Part shown: positions 37,201 through 49,700 of the stretch, in pieces
How the letters are laid out: each line of letters opens with the position of its first letter
Position numbering within the stretch: the first letter of the stretch is position 1
Source of the DNA: Antedon mediterranea
Taxonomy: Eukaryota > Animalia > Echinodermata
Length of the DNA stretch: 64,000 nucleotides
NCBI RefSeq assembly: GCF_964355755.1
Contig: NC_092677.1
Location: 23,609,175 to 23,673,174, forward strand
Direction of reading: 5' to 3'
Position numbers and translations under genes: made by a program
The notes under the pieces: generated by a model
Database searches by the model: none
What the model was told of the DNA's origin: nothing
What the model saw: the letters and a program-made list of their open reading frames with translations, nothing else

Positions 37201-39090
37201 ATCTGAGGTCAAGGATTAAAGCCCGTTATTTGGCGTATTCCTTTTTTGCTCCCATTATCGTTCAAGTCAATTTTATACTTTAGGCCAATACAAATAAAAA
37301 AAAACCATCTAAGAATGAGAACAAGGTATTTATATGAAGCCCGGTTAGCTCAGTTGGTAGAGCATCAGACTTTTAATCTGAGGGTCAAGGGTTCAAGTCC
37401 CTTATTGGGCTTATATGTTTTTTGCTTCCATTATCTTTGAAGTCAATTTTATACTTCAGGCCAATTGAAATTTCAAATAAACGTCTAAGAATGAGAACAA
37501 GGTAGTTATATGAAGCCCGGTTAGCTCAGTTGGTAGAGCATCAGACTTTTAATCTGAGGGTCAAGGGTTTAAGTCCCTTATTGGGCTTATATGTTTTTGT
37601 CTTCCATTATCTTTGAAGTCAATTTTATACTTCAGGCCAATAAAAATATAAAAAAAACGTCTAAGAATGAGAACAATGTAATTATATGAAGCCCGGTTAG
37701 CTCAGTAGGTAGAGCCTCAAACTTTTTATCTGAGGGTCAAGGGTTCAAATCCCTTATTGGGCGTATTCGTTTTTGCTTCCATTATCTTTCAAGTCTATTT
37801 TATACTTTAGGCCAATTGAAATAAAAAAAACGTCTAAGAATAAGAACATGGCTTTTATATAAAGCCCGGTTAGCTCAGTTGGTAGAGCATCAGACTTTTA
37901 ATCTGAGGGTAAAGGGTTCAAATCCCTTATTGGGCTTATTGGAGTTTTGCTTCCATTATCGTTCAAGTCAATTTTATACTTTAGGCCAATTGAAATAAAA
38001 CAAACTTCTAAGAATGAGAACAAGGTATTTATATGAGGCTCGGTTAGCTCAGTTGGTAGCGCAAAAGACTTTTAATCTGAGGTCAAGGGTTAAAGCCCGT
38101 TATTCGGCGTATTCCTTTTTGGCTTCCATTATCGTCCAAGTCAATTTTATACCTTAGGCCAATAGAAGTAAAAAAAAAACATCTAAGAATGAGAACAAGG
38201 TATTTATATGAAGCCCGGTTAGCTCAGTTGGTAGAGCATCAGACTTTTAATCTGAGGGTCAAGGGTTCAAGTCCCTTATTGGGCGTATTTGTTTTTTGCT
38301 TCCATTATCTTTTAAGTCAATTTTATACTTTAGGCCAATTGAAATTAAAAAAAAACGTCTAAGAATGAGAACAAGGTGTTTATATGAAGCCCGGTTAGCT
38401 CAGTTGGTAGAGCATCAGACTTTTAACATGAGGGTCAAGGGTTCAAATCCCTTAATGGGCGTATATGTTTTTTGCTTCCATTATCTTTGAAGTCAATTTT
38501 ATACTTTAGGCGAATAGAAATTAAAAAAAAACGTCTAAGAATGAGAACAAGGTATTTATATGAAGCCCGGTTACCTCAGTTGGTAGAGCATCAGACTTTT
38601 AATCTGGAGGTAAAGGGTTCAAATCCCTTATTGGGCTTATTCGAGTTTTGCTTCCATTATCGTTCAAGTCAATTTTATACTTTAGGCCAATTGAAATAAA
38701 ACAAACTTCTAAGAATGAGAACAAGGTATTTATATGAGGCTCGGTTAGCTCAGTTGGTAGCGCAAAAGACTTTTAATCTGAGGTCAAGGGTTAAAGCCTG
38801 TTATTCGGCGTATTCCTTTTTGGCTTCCATTATCGTCCAAGTCAATTTTATACCTTAGGCCAATTGAAGTAGAAAAAAAAACGTCTAAGAATGAGAACAA
38901 GGTATTTATATGAAGCCCGGTTAGCTCAGTTGGTAGAGCTTCAGACTTTTAATCTGAGGTCAAGGGTTAAAGCCCGGTATTGGGCGTATTCCTTTTTTGC
39001 TTCCATTATCGTTCAAGTCAATTTTATTCTTTACGCCAATAGAAATAAAAAAAAAAACGTCTAAGAATGAGAACAAGATATTTATATGAA

Positions 39091-39163
39091 GCCCGGTTAG
39101 CTCAGTTGGTAGAGCATCAGACTCTTAATCTGAGGGTCAAGGGTTCAAGTCCCTTAATGGGCG
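39091..39163 (+). tRNA. Array copy with anticodon CUU (Lys isoacceptor variant), one acceptor-stem mismatch
   Basis: Loop reads CT-CTT-AA at 39122-39128; 3' acceptor strand is AATGGGC. Confidence 0.55.
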
Positions 39164-42100
39164 TATTTGTTTTTTGCTTCCATTATCTTTGAAGTCAATT
39201 TTATACTTTAGGCCAATAGAAATTTAAAAAAAAACGTGTAAGAATGAGAACAGGGTATTTATATGAAGCCCGGTTAGCTCAGTTGGTAGAGCATCAGACT
39301 TTTAATCTGAGGGTCAAGGGTTCAAGTCCCTTATTGGGCGTATTTGTTTTTAGCTTCCATTATCTTTCAAGTCAATTTTATACTTTAGGCCAATTGAAAT
39401 TTAAAAAAAACGTCTAAGAATGAGAACAAGGTAGTTATTTGAAGCCCGGTTAGCTCAGTTGGTAGAGCATCAGACTTTTAAGCTGAGGGTCAAGATTTCA
39501 AGTCCCTTATTGGGCGTATTTGTTTTTTGCTTCCATTATCTTTCAAGTCAATTTTATACTTTAGGCCAATTGAAATTTAAAAAAAACGTCTAAGAATGAG
39601 AACAAGGTATTTATATGAAGCCCGGTTAGCTCAGTTGGTAGAGCATCAGACTTTTAAGCTGAGTGTCAAGGGTTCAAATCTCTTAATGGGCGTATTCGTT
39701 TTTGCTTCCATTATCTTTCAAGTCTATTTTTTACTTTAGGCCAATTGAAATAAAACAAACGTCTAAGAATAAGAACATGGCTTTTATATGAAGCCCGGTT
39801 AGCTCAGTTGGTAGAGCATCAGACTTTTAATCTGAGGGTCAAGGGTTCAAGTTCCTTATTGGGCGTATTTGTTTTTTGCTTCCATTATCTTTGAAGTTAA
39901 TTTTATACTTTAGGCCAATAAAATTATTAAGAAAAAGTCTAAGAATGAGAACAAGTTGTTTATATGAAGCCCGGTAAGCTCAGTTGGTAGAGCATCAGAT
40001 TTTTAATCTGAGGGTCAAGGGTTCAAATACCTTATTGGGCGTATTCATTTTTGCTTCCATTATCTTTCAAGTCTATTTTATACTTTAGGCCAATTGAAAT
40101 AAAACAAACGTCTACGAATAAGAACATGGCTTTTATATGAAGCCCGGTTAGCTCAGTTGGTAGAGCATCAGACTTTTAAACTGAGGGTCAAGGGTTCAAG
40201 TCCCTTAATGGGCGTATTTGTTTTTTGCTTCCATTATCTTTGAAGTCAATTTTATACTTTAGGCCAATTGAAATTTAAAAAAAAACGTCTAAGACTGAGA
40301 ACAAGGTATTTATATGAAGCCCGGTTAGCTCAGTTGGTAGAGCATCAGACTTTTAATCTGAGGGTCAAGGGTTCAAATCCCTTATTGGGCGTATATGTTT
40401 TTTGCTTCCATTATCTTTGAAGTCAATTTTATACTTTAGGCCAATAGAAATTTAAAAAAAACGTCTAAGAATGAGAACAAGGTATTTATATGAAGCCCGG
40501 TTACCTCAGTTGGTAGAGCATCAGACTTTTAATCTGAGGGTAAAGGGTTCAAATCCTTTATTGGGCTTATTCGAGTTTTGCTTACATTATCGTTCAAGTC
40601 AATTTTATACTTTAGGCCAATTGAAATAAAACAAACTTCTGAGAATGAGAACAAGGTATTTATATGAGGCTCGGTTAGCTCAGTTGGTAGCGCAAAAGAC
40701 TTTTAATCTGAGGTCAAGGGTTAAAAGCCGTTATTCGGCGTATTCCTTTTTGGCTTCCATTATCGTTGAGGTCAATTTTATACCTTAGGCCTATAGAAGT
40801 TAAAAAAAAACGTCTAAGAATGAGAACAAGGTATTTATATGAAGCCCGGTTAGCTCAGTTGGTAGAGCATCAGACTTTTAATCTGAGGGTCAAGGGTTCA
40901 AATTCCTTATTGGGCGTATTCGTTTTTGCTTCCATTATCTTTCAAGTCTATTTTATACTTTAGGCCAATTGAAATAAATTAACGTCTAAGAATGAGAACA
41001 AGATATTTGAATGAAGCCCGGTTAGCTCAGTTGGTAGAGCATCAGACTTTTAATCTGAGGGTCAAGGATTAAAGCCCGTTATTTGGCGTATTCCTTTTTT
41101 GCTCCCATTATCTTTCAAGTCAATTTTATACTTTAGGCCAATTGAAATTTAAAAAAAATGTCTAAGAATGAGAACAAGGTAGTTATATGAAGCCCGGTTA
41201 GCTCAGTTGGTAGAGCATCAGACTTTTAAACCGAGGGTCAAGGGTTCAAGTCCCTTAATGGGCGTATTTGTTTTTTGCTTCCATTATCTTTGAAGTCAAT
41301 TTTATACTTTAGGCCAATAGAAATTTAAAAAAAACGTCTACGAATGAGAACAAGGTATTTATATGAAGCCCGGTTAGCTCAGTTGGTAGAGCATCAGACT
41401 TTTAATCTGAGGGTCAAGGGTTCAAGTCCCTTATTGGGCGTATTTGTTTTTTGCTTCCATTATCTTTCAAGTCAATTTTATACTTTAGGCCAATTGAAAT
41501 TTAAAAAAAACTTCTAAGAATGAGAACAAGGTAGTTATATGAAGCCCGGTTAGCTCAGTTGGTAGAGCATCAGACTTTTAAGCTGAGGGTCAAGATTTCA
41601 AGTCCCTTATTGGGCGTATTTGTTTTTTGCTTCCATTATCTTTCAAGTCAATTTTATACTTTAGGCCAATTGAAATTTTAAAAAAACGTCTAAGAATGAG
41701 AACAAGGTATTTATATGAAGCCCGGTTAGCTCAGTTGGTAGAGCATCAGACTTTTAAGCTTAGGGTCAAGGGTTCAAATCTCTTAATGGGCGTATTCGTT
41801 TTTGCTTCCATTATCTTTCAAGTCTATTTTTTACTTTAGGCCAATTGAAATAAAACAAACTTCTAAGAATGAGAACAATGTATTTATATGAAGCTCGGTT
41901 AGCTCAGTTGGTAGCGCAAAAGACTTTTAATCTGAGGTCAAGGATTAAAGCCCGTTATTTGGCGTATTCCTTTTTTGCTCCCATTATCGTTCAAGTCAAT
42001 TTTATACTTAAAGCCAATAGAAATAAAAAAAAAAACCGTCTAAGAATGAGAACAAGGTATTTATATGAAGCCCGGTTAGCTCAGTAGGTAGAGCATCAGA

Positions 42101-43213
42101 CTTTTAATCTGAGGGTCAAGGGTTCAAATCCCTAATTGGGCGTATTCGTTTTTGCTTCCATTATCTTTCAAGTCTATTTTATACTTTAGGCCAATTGAAA
42201 TAAAACAAACGTCTAGGAATAAGAACATGGCTTTTATATGAAGCCCGGTTAGCTCAGTTGGTAGAGCATCAGACTTTTAATCTGAGGGTCAAGGGTTCAA
42301 GTCCTTTATTGGGCGTATTTGTTTTTTGCTTCCATTATCTTTGAAGTTAATTTTATACTTTTGGCCAATAAAATTATTAAGAAAAAGTCTAAGAATGAGA
42401 ACAAGTTGTTTATATGAAGCCCGGTTAGCTCAGTTGGTAGAGCATCAGACTTTTAATCTGAGGGTCAAGGGTTCAAATCCCTTATTGGGCGTATTCGTTT
42501 TTGCTTCCATTATCTTTCAAGTCTATTTTATACTTTAGGCCAATTGAAATAAAACAAACGTCTAAGAATAAGAACATGGCTTTTATATGAAGCCCGGTTA
42601 GCTCAGTTGGTAGAGCATCAGACTTTTAAACTGAGGGTCAAGGGTTCAAGTCCCTTAATGGGCGTATTTGTTTTTTGCTTCCATTATCTTTGAAGTCAAT
42701 TTCATACTTTAGGCCAATTGAAATTTAAAAAAAAACGTCTAAGAATGAGAACAAGGTATTTATATGAAGCCCGGTTAGCTCAGTTGGTAGAGCATCAGAC
42801 TTTTAATCTGAGGGTCAAGGGTTCAAATCCCTTATTGGGCGTATATGTTTTTTGCTTCCATTATCTTTGAAGTCAATTTTATACTTTAGGCCAATAGAAA
42901 TTTTAAAAAAACGTCTAAGAATGAGAACAAGGTATTTATATGAAGCCCGGTTACCTCAGTTGGTAGAGCATCAGACTTTTAATCTGAGGGTAAAGGGTTC
43001 AAATCCTTTATTGGGCTTATTCGAGTTTTGCTTACATTATCGTTCAAGTCAATTTTATACTTTAGGCCAATTGAAATAAAACAAACTTCTGAGAATGAGA
43101 ACAAGGTATTTATATGAGGCTCGGTTAGCTCAGTTGGTAGCACAAAAGACTTTTAATCTGAGGTCAAAGGTTAAAGCCCGTTATTCGGCGTATTCCTTTT
43201 TGGCTTCCATTAT

Positions 43214-43366
43214 TATTATTATTATTATTTATTGCCAAAAACCAGTTACAAACAAACAAAACACAGAAACTAAGAGAGTAGGCAGGAACCTAAAAGTGAA
43301 CCTAATCACTATAACAAGAGTTCAGGTTCCGTACTCCCAAAGTAACAACAATGATATAAAATAAAC
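43214..43366 (-). mobile_element. Truncated non-LTR retroelement 3' end inserted in a satellite spacer
   Basis: Interrupts ccattatcgttc with TTAT on both sides (43210-43213 and 43367-43370). The minus strand ends in AATAAA(TAA)n and contains nested inverted repeats. Confidence 0.75.
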
Positions 43367-43734
43367 TTATCGTTCAAGTCAATTTTATACCTTAGGCCAA
43401 TAGAAGTTAAAAAAAAACGTCTAAGAATGAGAACAAGGTATTTATATGAAGCCCGGTTAGCTCAGTTGGTAGAGCATCAGACTTTTAATCTGAGGGTCAA
43501 GGGTTCAAATCCCTTATTGGGCGTATTCGTTTTTGCTTCCATTATCTTTCAAGTCTATTTTATACTTTAGGCCAATTGAAATAAAAAAACGTCTAAGAAT
43601 GAGAACAAGATATTTATATGAAGCCCGGTTAGCTCAGTTGGTAGAGCATCATACTTTTAATCTGAGGGTCAAGGATTAAAGCCCGTTATTTGGCGTATTC
43701 ATTTTTTGCTCCCATTATCTTTCAAGTCAATTTT

Positions 43735-46700
43735 ATACTTTAGGCCAATTGAAATTTAAAAAAAATGTCTAAGAATGAGAACAAGGTAGTTATATGAAGC
43801 CCGGTTAGCTCAGTTGGTAGAGCATCAGACTTTTAAACCGAGGGTCAAGGGTTAAAGTCCTTTAATGGGCGTATTTGTTTTTTGCTTCCATTATCTTTGA
43901 AGTCAATTTTATACTTTAGGCCAATAGAAATTTAAAAAAAACGTCTACGAATGAGAACAAGGTATTTATATGAAGCCCGGTTAGCTCAGTTGGTAGAGCA
44001 TCAGACTTTTAATCAGAGGGTCAAGGGTTCAAGTCCCTTATTGGGCGTATTTGTTTTTTGCTTCCATTATCTTTCAAGTCAATTTGATACTTTAGGCCAA
44101 TTGAAATTTAAAAAAAACATCTAAGAATGAGAACAAGGTATTTATATGAAGCCCGGTTAGCTCAGTTGGTAGAGCATCAGACTTTTAAGCTGAGGGTCAA
44201 GGTTTCAAGTCCCTTATTGGGCGTATTGTTTTTTTGCTTCCATTATCTTTCAAGTCAATTTTATTCTTTAGGCCAATTGAAATTTAAAAAAAACGTCTAA
44301 GAATGAGAACAATGTATTTATATGAAGCTCGGTTAGCTCAGTTGGTAGCGCAAAAGACTTTTAATCTGAGGTCAAGGATTAAAGCCCGTTATTTGGCGTA
44401 TTCCTTTTTTGCTCCCATTATCGTTCAAGTCAATTTTATACTTTAGGCCAATAGAAATAAAAAAAAACCGTCTAAGAATGAGAACAAGGTATTTATATGA
44501 AGCCCGGTTAGCTCAGTAGGTAGAGCATCAGACTTTTAATCTGAGGGTCAAGGGTTCAAATCCCTTATTGGGCGTATTCGTTTTTGCTTCTATTATCTTT
44601 CAAGTCTATTTTATACTTTAGGCCAATTGAAATAAAACAAACCTCTAAGAATAAGAACATGGCTTTTATATGAAGCCCGGTTAGCTCAGTTGGTAGAGCA
44701 TCAGACTTTTAATCTGAGGGTCAAGGGTTCAAGCCCCTTATTGGGCGTATTTCTTTTTTGCTTCCATTATCTTTGAAGTCAATTTTATACTTTAGGCCAA
44801 TAGAAATTTAAAAAAAACGTCTAAGAATGAGAACAAGGTATTTATATGAAGCCCGGTTACCTCAGTTGGTAGAGCATCAGACTTTTAATCTGAGGGTAAA
44901 GGGTTCAAATCCTTTATTGGGCTTATTCGAGTTTTGCTTCAATTATCGTTCAAGTCAATTTTATACTTTAGGCCAATTGAAATAAAACAAACTTCTGAGA
45001 ATGAGAACAAGGTATTTATATGAGGCTCGGTTAGCTCAGTTGGTAGCGCAAAAGACTTTTAATCTGAGGTCAAGGGTTAAAGCCCGTTATTCGGCGTATT
45101 CCTTTTTGGCTTCCATTATCGTTCAAGTCAATTTTATACCTTAGGCCAATAGAAGTTAAAAAAAAACGTGTAAGAATGAGAACAAGGTATTTATATGAAG
45201 CCCGGTTAGCTCAGTTGGTAGAGCATCAGACTTTTAATCTGAGGGTCAAGGGTTCAAATCCCTTATTGGGCGTATTCGTTTTTGCTTCCATTATCTTTCA
45301 AGTCTATTTTATTCTTTAGGCCAATTGAAATAAAAAAACGTCTAAGAATGAGAACAAGATATTTATATGAAGCCCGGTTAGCTCAGTTGGTAGAGCATCA
45401 GACTTTTAATCTGAGTGTCAAGGGTTCAAGTCCCTTATTGGGCGTATTTGTTTTTTGCTTCCATTATCTTTCAAGTCAATTTTATACTTTAGGCCAATTG
45501 AAATTTTAAAAAAAAGTCTAAGAATGAGAACAAGGTATTTATATGAAGCCCGGTTAGCCCAGTTGGTGGAGCATCAGACTTTTAATCTGAGGGTCAAGGG
45601 TTCAAGTCCCTTAATGGGCGTATTTGTTTTTTGCTTCCATTATCTTTCAAGTCAATTTTATACTTTAGGCCAATAGAAATTTAAAAAAACGTCTAAGAAT
45701 GAGAACAATGTATTTATATGAAGCCCGGTTACCTCAGTTGGTAGAGCATCAGTCTTTTAATCTGAGGGTAAAGGGTTCAAATCCCTTATTGGGCTTATTC
45801 GAGTTTTGCTTCCATTATCGTTCAAGTCAATTTTATACTTTAGGCCAATTGAAATAAAACAAACTTCTAAGAATGAGAACAAGGTATTTATATGAGGCTC
45901 GGTTAGCTCAGTTGGTAGCGCAAAAGACTTTTAATCTGAGGTCAAGGGTTAAAGCCCGTTATTCGGCGTATTCCTTTTTGGCTTCCATTATCGTTCAAGT
46001 CAATTTTATACCTTAGGCCAATAGAAGTAAAAAAAAAAACGTCTAAGACTGAGAACAAGGTATTTATATGAAGCCCGGTTAGTTCAGTTGGTAGAGCATC
46101 AGACTTTTAATCTGAGGTCAAGGGTTAAAGCCCGTTATTGGGCGTATTCCTTTTTTGCTTCCATTATCGTTCAAGTCAATTTTATTCTTTAGGCCAATAG
46201 AAATAAAAAAAAAACGTCTAAGAATGAGAACAAGATATTTATATGAAGCCCGGTTAGCTCAGTTGGTAGAGCATCAGACTTTTAATCTGAGGGTCAAGGG
46301 TTCAAGTCCCTTATTGGGCGTATTTGTTTTTTGCTTCCATTATTTTTCAAGTCAATTTTATACTTTAGGCCAATTGAAATTTAAAAAAAATGTCTAAGAA
46401 TGAGAACAAGGTAGTTATATGAAGCCCGGTTAGCGCAGTTGGTAGAGCATCAGACGTTTAAACTGAGGGTCAAGGGTTCAAGTCCCTTAATGGGCGTATT
46501 TGTTTTTGCTTCCATTATCTTTCAAGTCTATTTTATACTTTAGGCCAATTGAAATAAAAAAACGTCTAAGAATGAGAACAAGATATTTATATGAAGCCCG
46601 GTTAGCTCAGTTGGTAGAGCATCAGACTTTTAATCTGAGGGTCAAGGGTTCAAGTCCCTTAATGGGCATATTTGTTTTTTGCTTCCATTATCTTTCAAGT

Positions 46701-49700
46701 CAATTTTATACTTTAGGCCAATTGAAATTTAAAAAAAAACGTCTAAGAATGAGAACAAGGTAGTTATATGAAGCCCGGTTACCTCAGTTGGTAGAGCATC
46801 AGACTTTTAATCTGAGGGTAAAGGGTTCAAATCCTTTATTAGGCTTATTCGAGTTTTGCTTCAATTATCGTTCAAGTCAATTTTATACTTTAGGCCAATT
46901 GAAATAAAACAAACTTCTGAGAATGAGAACAAGGTATTTATATGAGGCTCGGTTAGCTCAGTTGGTAGCGCAAAAGACTTTTAATCTGAGGTCAAGGGTT
47001 AAAGCCCGTTATTCGGCGTATTCCTTTTTGGCTTCCATTATCTTTCAAGTCAATTTTATTCTTTAGGCCAATTGAAATTTAAAAAAAACGTCTAAGAATG
47101 AGAACAATGTATTTATATGAAGCTCGGTTAGCTCAGTTGGTAGCGCAAAAGACTTTTAATCTGAGGTCAAGGATTAAAGCCCGTTATTTGGCGTATTCCT
47201 TTTTTGCTCCCATTATCGTTCAAGTCAATTTTATACTTTAGGCCAATAGAAATAAAAAAAAACCGTCTAAGAATGAGAACAAGGTATTTATATGAAGCCC
47301 GGTTAGCTCAGTAGGTAGAGCATCAGACTTTTAATCTGAGGGTCAAGGGTTCAAATCCCTTATTGGGCGTATTCGTTTTTGCTTCTATTATCTTTCAAGT
47401 CTATTTTATACTTTAGGCCAATTGAAATAAAACAAACGTCTAAGAATAAGAACATGGCTTTTATATGAAGCCCGGTTAGCTCAGTTGGTAGAGCATCAGA
47501 CTTTTAATCTGAGGGTCAAGGTTTCAAGCCCCTTATTGGGCGTATTTCTTTTTTGCTTCCATTATCTTTGAAGTTAATTTTATACTTTAGGCCAATAAAA
47601 TTATTAAGAAAAAGTCAAAGAATGAGAACAAGGTATTTATATGAAGCCCGGTTAGCTCAGTTGGTAGAGCATCAGACTTTTAATCTGAGGGCCAAGGGTT
47701 CAAATCCCTTATTGGGCGTATATGTTTTTTGCTTCCATTATCTTTGAAGTCAATTTTATACTTTAGGCCAATAGAAATTTAAAAAAAACGTCTAAAAATG
47801 AGAACAAGGTATTTATATGAAGCCCGGTTACCTCAGTTGGTAGAGCATCAGACTTTTAATCTGAGGGTAAAGGGTTCAAATCCTTTATTAGGCTTATTCG
47901 AGTTTTGCTTCAATTATCGTTCAAGTCAATTTTATACTTTAGGCCAATTGAAATAAAACAAACTTCTGAGAATGAGAACAAGGTATTTATATGAGGCTCG
48001 GTTAGCTCAGTTGGTAGCGCAAAAGACTTTTAATCTGAGGTCAAGGGTTAAAGCCCGTTATTCGGCGTATTCCTTTTTGGCTTCCATTATCGTTCAAGTC
48101 AATTTTATACCTTAGGCCAATAGAAGTTAAAAAAAAACGTCTAAGAATGAGAACAAGGTATTTATATGAAGCCCGGTTAGCTCAGTTGGTAGAGCATCAG
48201 ACTTTTAATCTGAGGGTCAAGGGTTCAAATCCCTTATTGGGCGTATTCGTTTTTGCTTCCATTATCTTTCAAGTCTATTTTATTCTTTAGGCCAATTGAA
48301 ATAAAAAAACGTCTAAGAATGAGAACAAGATATTTATATGAAGCCCGGTTAGCTCAGTTGGTAGAGCATCAGACTTTTAATCTGAGTGTCAAGGGTTCAA
48401 GTCCCTTATTGGGCGTATTTGTTTTTTGCTTCCATTATCTTTCAAGGTAATTTTATACTTTAGGCCAATTGAAATTTAAAAAAAAAGTCTAAGAATGAGA
48501 ACAAGGTATTTATATGAAGCCCGGTTAGCCCAGTTGGTAGAGCATCAGACTTTTAATCTGAGGGTCAAGGGTTCAAGTCCTTTAATGGGCGTATTTGTTT
48601 TTTGCTTCCATTATCTTTCAAGTCAATTTTATACTTTAGGCCAATAGAAATTTAAAAAAACGTCTAAGAATGAGAACAAGGTATTTATATGAAGCCCGGT
48701 TAGCTCAGTTGGTAGAGCATCAGACTTTTAATCTGAGGGTCAAGGGTTCAAATCCCTTATTGGGCGTATTCGTTTTTGCTTCCATTATCTTTCAAGTCTA
48801 TTTTATTCTTTAGGCCAATTGAAATAAAAAAACGTCTAAGAATGAGAACAAGATATTTATATGAAGCCCGGTTAGCTCAGTTGGTAGAGCATCAGACTTT
48901 TAATCTGAGTGTCAAGGGTTCAAGTCCCTTATTGGGCGTATTTGTTTTTTGCTTCCATTATCTTTCAAGGTAATTTTATACTTTAGGCCAATTGAAATTT
49001 AAAAAAAAAGTCTAAGAATGAGAACAAGGTATTTATATGAAGCCCGGTTAGCCCAGTTGGTAGAGCATCAGACTTTTAATCTGAGGGTCAAGGGTTCAAG
49101 TCCCTTAATGGGCGTATTTGTTTTTTGCTTCCATTATCTTTCAAGTCAATTTTATACTTTAGGCCAATAGAAATTTAAAAAAACGTCTAAGAATGAGAAC
49201 AAGGTATTTATATGAAGCCCGGTTACCTCAGTTGGTAGAGCATCAGTCTTTTAATCTGAGGGTAAAGGGTTCAAATCCCTTATTGGGCTTATTCGAGTTT
49301 TGCTTCCATTATCGTTCAAGTCAATTTTATACTTTAGGCCAATTGAAATAAAACAAACTTCTAAGAATGAGAACAAGGTATTTATATGAGGCTCGGTTAG
49401 CTCAGTTGGTAGCGCAAAAGACTTTTAATCTGAGGTCAAGGGTTAAAGCCCGTTATTCGGCGTATTCCTTTTTGGCTTCCATTATCGTTCAAGTCAATTT
49501 TATACCTTAGGCCAATAGAAGTAAAAAAAAAACGTCTAAGACTGAGAACAAGGTATTTATATGAAGCCCGGTTAGTTCAGTTGGTAGAGCATCAGACTTT
49601 TAATCTGAGGTCAAGGGTTAAAGCCCGTTATTGGGCGTATTCCTTTTTTGCTTCCATTATCGTTCAAGTCAATTTTATTCTTTAGGCCAATAGAAATAAA

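Noticed and set aside
43270-43340. Ribozyme within the array insertion
   Set aside because: Stems are present, but I find no CUGANGA/GAAA core or HDV-like pattern on either strand.
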